A DNA stretch of 64,000 nt from Malacoraja senta (Eukaryota): NCBI GenBank assembly GCA_038087875.1, contig JAXLNO010004298.1:1-64000 (forward strand), read 5' to 3'. The notes beneath the pieces were generated by a model. The model was not told the DNA's origin. It saw only the letters and a list, made by a program, of their open reading frames with translations, and did not search any database. Below, piece by piece: positions 35,605 through 48,484 of this stretch. Made by a program: the position numbers and the translations under genes. Numbering within the stretch: the stretch's first letter is position 1; the number at the start of each line of letters is the position of its first letter.

Positions 35605-35945
35605 ACATAGAAACATAGAAACATAGAAAATAGGTGCAGGAGTAGGCCATTCGGCCCTTCGAGCCTGCACCGCCATTCAATATGATCATGGCTGATCATC
35701 CAACTCAGTATCCTGTACCTGCCTTCTCTCCATACCCCCTAATCCCTTTAGCCACAAGGGCCACATCTAACCCCCTCTTAAATATAGCCAATGAACTGGG
35801 CTTAACTACCTTCTGTGGCAGAGAATTCCACAGATTCACCACTCTCTGTGTGAAAAATATTTTTCTCATCTCGGTCCTAAAAGACTTCCCCCTTATCCTT
35901 AAACTGTGACCCCTTGTTCTGGACTTCCCCAACATCGGGAACAAT
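35605..35945 (-). mobile_element. CR1 3' end
   Basis: ORF 35705..35944; (ACATAGAA)n tail. Confidence 0.85.
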
Positions 35946-36957
35946 GGTATCCCACTTACTTATCCTCCACCTATACGTAGAAACATAGAAAATGGGTGCA
36001 GGAGTAGGCCATTCGGCCCTTCGAGCCAGCATCGCCATTCAATATGATCATGGCTGATCATCCAAAATCAGTAGCCCGTTCCTGCCTTCTCCCCATATCC
36101 CTTGATTCTTTTAGCCGCTAAGAGCTAAATCTAACATTCTCTGGAAAACATCCAGTGAATTGGACTCCACTGCATTCTGTGGCAGATTCACTGATCAATC
36201 CAATGACTTTATCCAGAGGCTGGCAGGAGAACAGGACTCGGTTGTGCTGAACAATCTCCGTGCGTTAAGAGAAATCTAGAAAAAGCCTAAGGGCGATAGA
36301 GGAGGAGGAAGGTTTTGACTGGGGTGGGGTGAATTAAATCAGGCGAGCAGAGACTTGTAGCAGACAAACTGTCTGTGTGGTTGGAGCCTGAGGCTTATCT
36401 CTACAAATACTGTTTTGTCAAAACAAGGAACTGCAGATACTGTCTAACACACAAAAGAATACAAAGTGCTGGAGTAACATAGAAACATAGACAATAGGTG
36501 CAGGAGTAGGCCATTCGGCCCTTCGAGCCTGCACCGCCATTCAATACGATCATGGCTGATCATCCAAGAACGGGGATGATCAGCCATGATCACATTGAAT
36601 GGCGGTGCTGGCTCAAAGGGCCGAATGGCCTCCTCCTGCACCTATTGTCTATATCACTGGATTCCTTTAGCCCAAAGAACTAAATCACTCGGGACAATTT
36701 ACAGAGGGCCAATTAACCGACAAACCCGCATGTTTTGGGGATGTGAAGGAAACCGGAGCACCCGGAGGAAACCCACGTGGTCACAGGGATAAACTCTACA
36801 CACACAGACAGCACCTGACATCAGGATCAAACCTTGTCTCTGGCGATGTGAGGTCGCGGCTTTACCAGCTGCGCGATTGTGCTGTCGTTAATAGATGCAT
36901 TAAAAGATATATATATTCTCTTTGCAGGTGAAACAGTTCAATTATTTCATTCCAGTG

Positions 36958-37012
36958 ATGAAGGGAAGATGCTGCTGTCTTGTGCTTGTACTCGTTCAAG
37001 CAGTTATGATGG
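36958..37012 (+). CDS. BTN/B7-like gene, signal-peptide exon
   Basis: Acceptor tttgcag at 36927; MKGRCCCLVLVLVQAVMM G|gtaagc, phase 1, in frame with the IgV exon. Confidence 0.7.
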
Positions 37013-37029
37013 GTAAGCAAATGAAAGTT

Positions 37030-37905
37030 CTCTTTAGTTTAGTTTGGAGAAACAGGCGCACATTAACACTGTCCTACACCCACTAGGGACAGTAATCGAC
37101 AAACCTGTACAAACCGAAGATCTCGGAGAAAACCCACGCAGGTCACGGGGAGAACGTACAAACTCCGTACAGACAGCACCCGCAGTCTCCGGCGCTGCAA
37201 GCGCTGTAGCTGTAAAGCAGCAACTCTACCGCTGCGCCAACGTGGTCACATTACGGACTAGTACAGTAGCGCAGTAGTGTTGCTGCCTCACAGCGCCAGA
37301 GACCTGGGTTCGATCCTGGCCACGGCGGCTGTCTAAACGGAGTTTGTACGTTCTCCCCAAGAACGTGTGGGTTTTCTGCAGGTGCTCCAGTTTCATGACA
37401 CCTTCCAAAGACGTGCAGGTGCAAACTCGGTACCGAAAGCACCCGCAGTTAGGATCGAACCCAGATCTCTGGCGCTCCAAAGGCAGCAACATCTCCACTG
37501 CGCCACCATGCCGCCCAAAATGCAGAAAAGAGGAACTGCAGATGCTGGTTAATACAAATAAGGACACAGAGTGCTGGAGTAACTTAGCATGTCAGGCAGC
37601 ATCTCTGGAGAACTCTAAAAATGGAATTAGTTAAGTTTAGTTTCGAACGGAATCGGGCACTTTGGCCCACACTCTAATACTATCCTATACAAACCAGGGA
37701 CAATTTACAATGACACCAAGCCAGCTAACCTACAAAGCTGTACGTCTTTGGAGTGTGGGAGGAGACCGGAGCTCCCGGAGAAAACCAACACGGTCGCGAG
37801 GAGGAGTTACAAACTCCGTACAGGCAGCACCCGTAGTCAGGGTCGAACTCTGGGTCTCTGGCGCTGTGAGGCAGCAAATCTAACGCTGCGCCACCATGCC
37901 CGCTC
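37030..37905. mobile_element. Four V-SINE fragments in alternating orientation plus a Penelope end
   Basis: Repeated ggagtttgtacgttctcccc / gggagaacgtacaaactcc cores. Confidence 0.75.
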
Positions 37906-38009
37906 CTAAGTACTCTGGTTAATACGGAAGATAGACACAAGATGCTGGAGTAACTCAGCGGGATAGGCAGCACCTCTGGAGAGAAGGAATGGTTGACGTT
38001 TCTGGTCAA

Positions 38010-38385
38010 TAGACAATAGGTGCATGTGTACGCCATTCGGCCCTTCGAGCCAGCACCGCCATTCAATGTGATCATGGCTGATCATCCCCAATCAGTACCC
38101 GTTCCTGCCTTCTCCCCATATCCTCTGACTCCGCTATCTTTAAGAGCCCTGTCTAGCTCTCTTTTGAAAGTATCCAGAGAACCGGCCTCCACCTCCCTCT
38201 GAGGCAGAGAATTCCACAGACTCACAATTCTCTGTGAGAAAAAGTGTTTCCTCATCTCCGTTCTAAATGGCTTACCCCTTATTCTCAAACTGTGGCCCCT
38301 GGTTCTGGACTCCCCCAACATCGGGAACATGTTTCCTGCCTCTAGCGTGTCCAAACCTTAATAATCTTATATGTTTCAATAAGAT
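38010..38385 (-). mobile_element. CR1 3' end
   Basis: ORF 38082..38354. Confidence 0.85.
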
Positions 38386-38508
38386 AATGTTTCCTCTGAC
38401 TCCTTTTTCTCCAGAGACGCTGCCCGTTAATACTGTGTTTTGTGTCTATCTTCGGTGTAAGCCAGTTCCTTTACTACACACTTTGTTTAACATGTTGCCT
38501 TTCACCAG

Positions 38509-38850
38509 GGGAAGCCAATTTCATTTCACATGAAAGGCCCTTCCACGGCACAGTGGGTGGCGATGTCGTCTTGGAGTGCATGTTGAGACCAGTTACAGCC
38601 CTGAAGGAATTGGAGGTGAGATGGTTTAATTCGGGGACGCTGGTACATTTGTACATCGGCGGTCAGGATCGACCTGACGCGCAGGACGAGGCGTATCGAG
38701 GGAGGACGGAACTCTTTCACAAAGAGTTTTACCGCGGAAATGCCTCACTTAAACTGAAGCGGATTAAAGTCTCAGACGGTGGCATGTACACCTGTTCCAC
38801 CAGGACCGCCACCACCTACCTGCAGATGGGGCTGTATCTGGTTGTTGAAG
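38509..38850 (+). CDS. Butyrophilin/B7-like IgV exon V1 (342 nt, phase 1-1)
   Basis: GDVVLEC...EVRWF...VHLY.GGQD...QDEAYRGRTELF...GNASLKL..IKVSD.G.YTC; ag/gt boundaries. Confidence 0.93.
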
Positions 38851-38973
38851 GTGAGTCCCACCTGTGGGAAACTATTTTGGGCCTCATACCTGAGGAAAGG
38901 TGTGCTGGAGTTGGAGAGGGTCCAGGGGGGGTTTACGGGAATGATTGGGTTAACGTACGATGAGCGTTTGACG

Positions 38974-39473
38974 TAGGGTCGCCAACTTCCTCACTCCCAA
39001 ATAAGGGACAAAAGTTCAAAATAAGGGACAAATTTCCGACGGCAATTTGTTGACCGACTCGGCCGTGGCTGGGTGAATGATGAGTTGGCCCCGGGTGCTG
39101 GACTGCACACAAAGCCCAGTCGGCGGGCCAGCTGAGGAGTATTGGCCCGGCACCGCGAGCACAGTCCGGCGCCCCGTCCAATGCATGAACCAATGATCGG
39201 CCATGAGAAGGAGGGGTGGTGGTGGTGACGGCAGTAAGCGAAGGTCCGAAGGTCGGACAGCTGGCCGGGCCACCGACCGACGAGGCCACGGGCGAGGCGC
39301 TGCTGCTGCTGCACTCCATGGGCTGCACTACGTGGGGATGGGTGAGGCGGAGCCGGACACGGCGCTCCGACCCGACAGTCCCTCCGACCCGAGTAGTCGC
39401 AGTCAAATACGGGACAATGGCGGTCGCGTTATGGACAAACCAATTTAGCCCGAAATACGAGTTGGCAACCCTA
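38974..39473. mobile_element. hAT-like MITE
   Basis: tagggtcgcca ... tggcaacccta TIRs. Confidence 0.8.
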
Positions 39474-39749
39474 GAGAGAGTCCAGGGGAGGTTTACGAGA
39501 ATGATCCCCGGAATAATTAACGTACGATGAGCATTTGACGGCACTGGGCGTCCACTCACTGGAGTTTCAGAAGGATGAGGGGACACCTCATTGAAACTTG
39601 CCGAACTTACAGTAGCGGGCGAGTCCAGAGCCACATGGCGCAGCCTGGACGTATCTTTAGAAAGGAGAAGAGGAGGAAATTCTTTTGTCAGAGGGTGTTG
39701 AATCTGTGGAATTGATTCCCACAGATGGCTGTGGAGGTCAAGAGAGAGT

Positions 39750-40490
39750 CAATAGACAATAGACAATATGTGCAGGCGTAGGCCATTCGGCCCTTGGAGC
39801 CAGCACCGCCATTCAATGTGATCATGGCTGATCATCCACAATCAGTACCCCGTTCCTGCCTTCTTCCCATATCCCTTAACTCCGCTATCTTTAAGAGCTC
39901 TGTCTAGCTCTCTCCTGAAAGCATCCAGAGAACCGACCTCCACCGCCCTCTGAGGCAGAGAATTCCACAGACCACTCTCTGTGTGAAAAAGTGTTTCCTC
40001 ATCTTCGTTCTAAATGGCTTAGCCCTTATTCTTAAACTGTGGCCCCCGGTTCTCGACTCCCCCAACATCGGGAACATGTTTCCTCCCCCTAGCGTGTCCA
40101 AACCCTGAATGATCTTATATGTTTCAATAAGATGCCCTCTCATCCTTCTAAACTCCAGAGTGTACAAGCCCAGCCGTTCCATTCTCTCAGCATATGACAG
40201 TCCCACCATCTTGGGAATTAACCTTGTAAACCTACGCTGCAGTCCCTCAATAGCAATAATGTCCTTCCTCAAATTAGAGGACCAAAACTGCACACAATAC
40301 TCCAGATGTGGTCCCACTAGGGCCCTCTACAACTGCAGAAGGACCTCTTTGCTCCTATACTCAACTCCTCTTGTTATGAGGGCCAACATGCCATTCGCTT
40401 TCTTCACTGCCTGCTGTACCTGCATGCTTACTTTCATTAACTGATGAACAAGGACCCCCCAGATCCCGTTGTACTTCCCCTTTTCCCAAC
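39750..40490 (-). mobile_element. CR1 3' end
   Basis: ORF 39904..40317. Confidence 0.87.
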
Positions 40491-40949
40491 TTAAGTGTCA
40501 AGAGTCAAGAGTGTTTTATTGTCATATGTCACAGAACAATGAAATGTTTACTTGCTCCAGCACAACAGAATATGTGAACATAGTACTCTGTAAACAATAT
40601 AATACAAATAACAATATGACAGTTCAGTGTGTATATACACATACTCACAAATACACATATATATAGATCATATATATATATATATATATGGACACGCACA
40701 CATACGTAAATACAAAAAAAATAGAATAGTGCAATAATAACAATAATAGTCAAAGGTCAATTCAATGGACATTTATAAGGCAGAGATTGACAGATCTTGA
40801 TTAGTAAGAGTGCCTGGCGTTAAGGGGAGTAGGCAGGAGAATGGGGTTGAGAGGGAGAGATAGATCAGCCATGATTGAATGGTGAAGTGGACTTGATGGG
40901 CCAGGTGGCTTAATTCTGCTCCGATAAGTTATGAATTTATTAATCCTCA

Positions 40950-41700
40950 AGTCAACTTTATTTGTCACATACACATTAAAGATGTACAGTGGAATGAAAG
41001 TGGCAATGCCTGCGGATTGTGCAAAAACTACAGAACAGAACAGAACAGAACCAGTATTTACATTAAAAAAAGAAGACACAACAGTATTTACATCCTGGTG
41101 AGATCAGAGTTTACAGTCCTGATGGCCTGTGCGAAGAAACTCCGTCTCATCCTCTCAGTTTTCGCAGCGTGACAGCGGAGGCGCTTGCCCGACCGTAGCA
41201 GCTGGAACAGTCCGTTGCTGGGGGGGTAGAGGTCCCCCATAATATTGCTGGCTCTGGATCTGCACCTTCTGGTGTATAGGTCCTGCAGGGGGGGGGGGGA
41301 GTGTAGTTCCCATAGTGCGTTCGGCCGAATGCACTACTCTCTGCACAGCCTTCTTGTCCTGGGCAGAGATGTTCCCAAACCAGATTGTGATGTTGCCAGA
41401 CAGGATGCTTTCTACAGCCCCAGAGATGAAGGACTGAAGGATCCTCAGAGAGACTCTGAATTTCCTCAGCTGCCTGAGGTGGTAAAGGTGCTGCCTTGCC
41501 TTACTCACCAGTGCGGCAGTGTGTGTTGTCCATGTCAGATCCTCTGTGATGTGGACTCCCAGGTATTTAAAGCAGCTCACCCTATCCACAGTGGTCCCAT
41601 TTATCCCCAGTGGCGTGTACGTCCTTGGATGTTGTGTCGTTCTAAAGTCCACAATCAGCTCCTTAGTTTTAGTGACATTCAAGAGGAGGCTGTTGAGGAG
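40950..41700 (-). mobile_element. Rex1/Babar LINE 3' fragment
   Basis: ORF 41155..41682 NVTKTKELIVDFR...KYLGVHITEDLTW...VESIL; tail tcaagtcaactttatt. Confidence 0.85.
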
Positions 41701-43068
41701 GCTGTCATCCCCAAACAGTACCCCGTTCTTGTCTTCTCCCCATATCCCCTGACTCCGCTATTTTTAAGAGCTCTATCTAGCTCTCTCTTGAAAGTATCCA
41801 GAGAACCGGCCTCCACCGCCCTCTGAGGCAGAGAATTCCACAGACACTTTCTCTGTGTGAAAAAATGTTTCCTCATCTCCGTTCTAAATGGCTTACCCCT
41901 TATTCTTAAACTGTGGCCCCTGGTTCTGGACTCCCCCAACATCGGGAAATAAAGTGACGAGTGGAAAGGATTGGGGATGTGCAAAGATTGGGGAGGTGTG
42001 GGGGGGAGGGGGGGGGGAGAGGAGTCAGTCTCAGTCTACCCCACAACAGAAGGGGGAGGTGTTGTGCACAGAAACTGGATAGACTCGGCTTGTACTCGCT
42101 GGAATTTAGAAGATTGAGGGGGGATCTTATAGAAACATACAAAATTCTTAAGGGGTTGGACAGGCTAGATGCAGGAAGATTGTTCCCAATGTTGGGGAAG
42201 TCCAGAACAAGGGGGTCACAGTTTAAGGATAAGGGGGAAGTCTTTTTGGACCGAGATGAGAAAATTTGTTTTCACACAGAGAGTGGTGAAGCTGTGGAAT
42301 TCTCTGCCACAGAAAGTAGTTGAGGCCAGTTCATTGGCTATATTTAAGAGGGAGTTAGATGTGGCCCTTGTGGCTAAAGGGATCGGGGGGTATGGAGAGA
42401 AGGCAGGTACAGGATACTGAGTTGGATGATCAGCCATGATCATATTGAATGGCTCGAAGGGCCGAATGGCCTACTCCTGCACCTATTTTCTATGTTTCTA
42501 TGTTTTAATGAAACATAGACAATAGGTGCAGGATTAGGCCATTCGGCCCATCGAGCCAGCACCGCCATTTAATATGATCATGGCTGATCATCTAAAATCA
42601 GTTCCCCCTTCCTGCTTTTTCTCCCATATCCCTTGATTCCTTAAGGGAACCTCAGGAGATTCCATCAGGATTCAAGAGATTACTTAAGGAATCAAGAGAT
42701 TCCTTGATGAATCAAGGATTCCTTAAAGAATCAAGGGCTATGCACCCATAAGCAGCACCCCTAGTCGGGATCGAACCCGGGTCTCTGGCGCTGTGAGGCA
42801 GCAACTCTATGGCTGCGCCACCGTGACCGCTCCTGAGTACTCCAGTTAATTCGGAAGATAGGCACAAAATGCTGGAGTAACTCAGCGGGACAGGCAGCAT
42901 CCCTGGAGGATAGGAATGGTTGACGTTTCGGGTCGAGAGCCTTCTTCAGACTCCTTTTTCCCCAGAGGCGCTGCCTGTCCCGCTAGGTCACTACAGTTTT
43001 TTGTGTCTATCTTCGGTGTAAGCCAGTTCCTTCCTGCACACTTTGTTTAATATGTTGCCTTTCTCCAG

Positions 43069-43410
43069 GGGAACCCCATGTTATTTCGCCAAGAAGTCTC
43101 TTCACCGGCGTAGTGGGTGATGATGTCCTCTTGGAGTGCAGATTGCAACCAGTTACAGCCCTGAAGGAATTGGAGGTGAGATGGTTTACATCGAGGTCGC
43201 TGGTACATTTGTACACCGGCGGTCAGGATCGACCTGACGCGCAGGACGAGGCTTATCGAGGGAGGACGGAACTGTTTCCGGAAGAGTTTCACCGCGGAGA
43301 TGCCTCACTTAAACTGAAGCAGATTAAAGTCTCAGATGTTGGCACGTACACCTGTTCCACCTGGACCAACACCTCCCACCTGGAGATGACGCTGTATCTG
43401 GATGTTGAAG
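43069..43410 (+). CDS. BTN/B7-like IgV exon V2 (342 nt)
   Basis: ctccag|GG EPHVISPRSLFTGVVGDDVLLEC...YTCSTWTNTSHLEMTLYLDVE G|gtgagt. Confidence 0.93.
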
Positions 43411-43904
43411 GTGAGTCCCACTTGTGGTAAACCTTTTTGGGCCCCATACCTTGGGTTGCCAACTGTTCCATATTAGCCGGGACATCCCGTATACTGAGCT
43501 AAATTGGTTTGTCCTGTACGGGACCGCTCTTGTCGTGTACTTGACTGCAAGTACTCGGGTCGAGGGGACTGTCGGGTCGGAGCGACGCGTCCGGCCCCGT
43601 GTCACCTGTCCCGACGTAGTGCAGCCCATGGAGTGCAGCAGCAGCGCCTCGCCGGTGGCCCTGTCGTTCGGTGGCCCAGTCAGCTGTCCGAACCTTCGGA
43701 CCTTCGCTTACCACCGACACCACCACCACCCCTTCTTCTCGTGGCCGATCATCGGTTCGTGAGTTGGATGGGGTGCCGGACTTTGCACGCGATGTCGCGT
43801 GCGCGGCCCAAAACTCCTCAGCTGGCCCGCCGGCTGGGCTTTGTGTGCAGTCCAGCACTCAGGGCCAACTCATCATTCACCCAGCCACAGCCGAGTCGGT
43901 CAAC

Positions 43905-45290
43905 CATATAACCATATAACCATATAACAATTACAGCACGGAAACAGGCCATCTCGACCCTTCTAGTCCGTGCCGAACACGTATTCTCCCCTAGTCCCAT
44001 ATACCTGCGATCAGACCATAACCCTCCATTCCTTTCCAGTCCATATAACTATCCAATTTATTTTTAAATGATAAAAACGAACCTGCCTCCACCACCTTCA
44101 CAGGAAGCTCATTCCACACAGCCACCACTCTCTGAGTAAAGAAGTTCCCCCTCATGTTACCCCTAAACTTCTGTCCCTTAATTCTCAAGTCATGTCCCCT
44201 TGTTTGAATCTTCCCTACTCTCAGTGGGAAAAGCTTATCCACGTCAACTCTGTCTATCCCTCTCATCATTTTAAAGACCTCTATCAAGTCCCCCCTTAAC
44301 CTTCTGCGCTCCAAAGAATAAAGCCCTAACTTGTTCAACCTTTCTCTGTAACTTAGTTGCTGAAACCCAGGCAACATTCTAGTAAATCTCCTCTGTACTC
44401 TCTCTATTTTGTTGACATCCTTCCTATAATTAGGCGACCAAAATTGTACACCATACTCCAGAATTGGCCTCACCAATGCCTTGTACAATTTTAACATTAC
44501 ATCCCAACTTCTATACTCAATGCTCTGATTTATAAAAGCCAGCACACCAAAAGCTTTCTTTACCACCCTATCTACATGAGATTCCACTTTCAGGGAACTG
44601 TGCACAGTTATTCCAAGATCCCTCTGTTCACCTGCATTCTTCAATTCCCTACCATTTACCATGTACATCCTATTTTGATTTGTCCTGCCAAGATGTAGCA
44701 CGTCACACTTATCAGCATTAAACTCCATCTACCATCTTTCAGCCCACTCTTCCAACCGGCATAAATCTCTCTGTAGACTTTGAAAATCTACTTCATTATC
44801 CACAGCCCCACCTATCTTAGTATCATCTGCATACTTACTAATCCAATTTTCCACACCATCATCCAGATCATTGATGTACATGACAAACAACAGTGGACCC
44901 AACACAGATCCCTGTGGCACCCCACTAGTCACTGGACTCCAACCTGACAAACAACCATCCACCATTACTCTCTGGCATCTCCCATTCAGCCACTGTTGAA
45001 TCCATCTTGCTACTCCACCATTAATACCCAACCATTGAACATTCTTAACCAACCTTCCGTGAGGAACCTTGTCAAAGGCCTTACTGAAGTCCATATATAC
45101 AACATCCACGGCTTTACCCTCATCAATTTCCCGAGTAACCTCTTAAAAAAATTCAAGAAGATTAGTCAAACATGACCTTCCAGGCACAAATCCATGTTGA
45201 CTGTTCCTAATCAGCCCCTGTTTATCCAGATGCTTATATATATTATCTCTAAGTATCCTTTCCATTAATTTGCCCACCACTGACGTCAAC
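43905..45290 (-). mobile_element. CR1 LINE, RT C-terminal half
   Basis: ORFs 43991..44728 and 44729..45109 ([21 protein letters not shown]); (CCATATAA)n tail. Confidence 0.93.
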
Positions 45291-45544
45291 GAATTGCCGT
45301 CGGGAATTTATCCCGCATTTTGACCTTTTGTCCCTTATTTGGGAGTGAGAAAGTTGTCAACCCTACATCAAACGCTCATTGTATGTTAATCCAATCATTC
45401 CGGAGATCATTCTCATAAACTGGCTTAATTCTGCTCTTATAAATTATGAATTTGTTAATCCTCAGGAGATTTTGTGCCTCTGTGTCTCTGTCGCTGTGTT
45501 TCTGTGTCTGTATCTTTGTGTCTTTTTGTCTCTGTGTCTTTGTC

Positions 45545-45860
45545 TATAATTTAAATTTAGAGATACAGCGCGGAAACAGGCCCTTCGGCCCACCGGGTCC
45601 ACGCCGACCAGCGATCTCCGCACATTAACATCATCCTACACCCACTGGGGATATTTTTTTTACATTTACCAAGCCAACTAACCTACAAACCTGTAGGTTT
45701 TGGAGTGTGGGAGGAAACTGAAGATCTCAGAGAAAACCCACGCAGGTCATGGGGAGAATGTACAAATTCCGTACAGACAGCACCCGTAGTGGGGATGGAA
45801 CCCGGGTCTCCAGCGCTGCATTCGCTGTAAGGCAGCAACTCTACCGCTGGGCCACCGTGA
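45545..45860 (-). mobile_element. HE1-like V-SINE
   Basis: Reverse-complement SINE body with head at about 45860. Confidence 0.75.
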
Positions 45861-45955
45861 TCGCCCTGCCTCTGTCTCTGTTTTTCTGTCTCTATGACCC
45901 GACGAATCCATGTCCCTACGAGTCTCTGACCTCATCTCCCTGTGACTCTGAGTAG

Positions 45956-46237
45956 GTTTTGGACTCCAGCCCTGGATCCGCCTGGAAGAACGCACCGCTC
46001 AAGGAGTGCGTGTGGTGTGCACGTCCGAAGGATGGTATCCCCAGCCGGAGATACGGTGGCAGGATGGGAGCGGACGGGACGTGACCGCGTGGTCTAACAC
46101 TTGGTTCAGAGAGGCCTCCAGCGGGCTGATCACTGTCCACAGCTACATCTTTGTCAGGAACGATTCCGTGAACAGTTATTCCTGTTCCGTGGGAGGTCAG
46201 TCATGGCGGACAAAAAAGGCCCATGTTCAGATATCAG
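45956..46237 (+). CDS. BTN/B7-like IgC exon (282 nt, phase 1-1)
   Basis: gtag|G FGLQPWIRL...VRVVCTSEGWYPQPEIRWQDG...YSCSV...AHVQIS G|gtacgt. Confidence 0.92.
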
Positions 46238-48142
46238 GTACGTCAGTGAATGGAAATCATTCCACCTTCGGTTGACACAGGGTCGCAACAACTGCCTCTC
46301 GAGGGTAGACAAAAATGCTGAAGAAACTCAGCGGGTGAGGCAGCATCTATGGAACAAAGGAAATAGGTGCCGTTTCGGGTCGAGACCCTTCTTCAGACTG
46401 ATGTGAGGGTGGGGGGGGGGAGGGCGGAGACAGTGGGCTGACGGAGAGCTGGGAAGGGGACGAGAAAGCAGGGACTACCTGAAATTGGAGAAGTCAATGT
46501 TCATACCGCTGAGGTGCAAACTGCTCAAGCGAAATATGAGGTGCTGCTCCTCAGTATAACTGCCTCTCGAGTATAATTATCTTAATTTAAATGATAATCT
46601 CAGATAGGATACGATACAACTTTATTTACTCCAGGAGGGAAATTGATCTGCCAACAGTCCTAAAAGCACAAAATACATTAAACATGAAAATAGACAATAA
46701 ACAATAGACAATAGGTGCAGGAGGAGGCCATTCGGCCCTTCTAGCCAGCACCGCCATTCAATGTGTTCATGGCTGATCATCCCCAAACAGTACCCCGTTC
46801 CTGCCTTCTCCCCATATCCCCTGACTCCGCTATCTTTAAGAGCTCTATCTAGCTCTCTCTTGAAAGTATCCAGAGAACCGGCCACCACCGCCCTCTGAGA
46901 CAGAGAATTCCACAGACACTTTCTCTGTGTGAAAAAATGTTTCCTCATCTCCATTCTAAATGGCTTACCCCTTATTCTTAAACTGTGGCCCCTGGTTCTG
47001 GACTCCCCCAACATCGGGAAATAAAGTGACGAGTGGAAAGGATTGGGGATGTGCAAAGATTGGGGAGGTGTGGGGGGGGGGGGGGGAGGGGAGAGGAGTC
47101 AGTCTCAGTCTACCCCACGACAGAAGGGGGAGGAGTTGTGCACAGAAACTGGATAGACTCGGCTTGTACTCGCTGGAATTTAGAAGATTGAGGGGGGATC
47201 TTATAGAAACGTACAAAATTCTTAAGGGGTTGGACAGGCTAGATGCAGGAAGATTGTTCCCGATGTTGGGGAAGTCCAGAACAAGGGGTCACAGTTTAAG
47301 GATAAGGGGGAAGTCTTTTTGGACCGAGATGAGAAAATTTGTTTTCACACAGAGAGTGGTGAATCTGTGGGATTCTCTGCCACAGAAAGTAGTTGAGGCC
47401 AGTTCATTGGCTATATTTAAGAGGGAGTTAGATGTGGCCCTTGTGGCTAAAGGGATCGTGGGGTATGGAGAGAAGGCAGGTACAGGATACTGAGTTGGAT
47501 GATCAGCCATGATCATATTGAATGGCTCGAAGGGCCGAATGGCCTACTCCTGCACCTATTTTCTATGTTTCTATGTTTTAATGAAACATAGACAATAGGT
47601 GCAGGATTAGACCATTCGGCCCATCGAGCCAGCACTGCCATTTAATATGATCATGGCTGATCATCTAAAATAAGTACCCACTTCCTGCTTTTTCTCCCAT
47701 ATCCCTTGATTCCTTAAGGGAACCTCAGGAGATTCTGTCAGGATTCAAGAGATTACTTAAGGAATCAAGAGATTCCTTGATGAATCAAGGATTCCTTAAA
47801 GAATCAAGGGCTATGCACCCATAGGCAGCACCCCTAGTCGGGATCGAACCCGGGTCTCTGGCGCTGTGAGGCAGCAACTCTATGGCTGCGCCACCGTGAC
47901 CGCTCCTGAGTACTCCAGTTAATTCGGAAGATAGGCACAAAATGCTGGAGTAACTCAGCGGGACAGGCAGCATCCCTGGAGGATAGGAATGGTTGACGTT
48001 TCGGGTCGAGAGCCTTCTTCAGACTCCTTTTTCCCCAGAGGCGCTGCCTGTCCCGCTAGGTCACTACAGTTTTTTGTGTCTATCTTCGGTGTAAGCCAGT
48101 TCCTTCCTGCACACTTTGTTTAATATGTTGCCTTTCCTCCAG

Positions 48143-48484
48143 GGGAACCCCATGTTATTTCGCCAAGAAGTCTCTTCACCGGCGTAGTGGGTGATGATGT
48201 CCTCTTGGAGTGCAGATTGCAACCAGTTACAGCCCTGAAGGAATTGGAGGTGAGATGGTTTACATCGAGGTCGCTGGTACATTTGTACACCGGCGGTCAG
48301 GATCGACCTGACGCGCAGGACGAGGCTTATCGAGGGAGGACGGAACTGTTTCCGGAAGAGTTTCACCGCGGAAATGCCTCACTTAAACTGAAGCGGATTA
48401 AAGTCTCAGATGTTGGCATGTACACCTGTTCCACCTCGACCAACACCTCCCACCTGCAGATGGCGCTGTATCTGGATGTTGATG
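48143..48484 (+). CDS. BTN/B7-like IgV exon V3 (342 nt)
   Basis: Duplicate of V2 with 7 substitutions; intact splice sites. Confidence 0.92.

Larger units (their letters stand above)
41703..45722. repeat. Segmental duplication copy 1 (copy 2 = 46778-50797, offset 5,075)
   Basis: Same order of CR1s, SINE, IgV exon, MITE and CR1 in both copies, with very few differences. Confidence 0.95.

Noticed and set aside
42672-42690. TTCAAGAGA resembling a synthetic shRNA loop (vector contamination)
   Set aside because: The motif also occurs naturally in CR1 3' ends in this window; no U6/H1 promoter or perfect stem
43324-43919. Overlapping GC-rich ORFs (also at about 23, 39, 48.5, 52.5 and 53.6 kb)
   Set aside because: Shadow ORFs of a multicopy hAT-like MITE with variable indels and no protein motif
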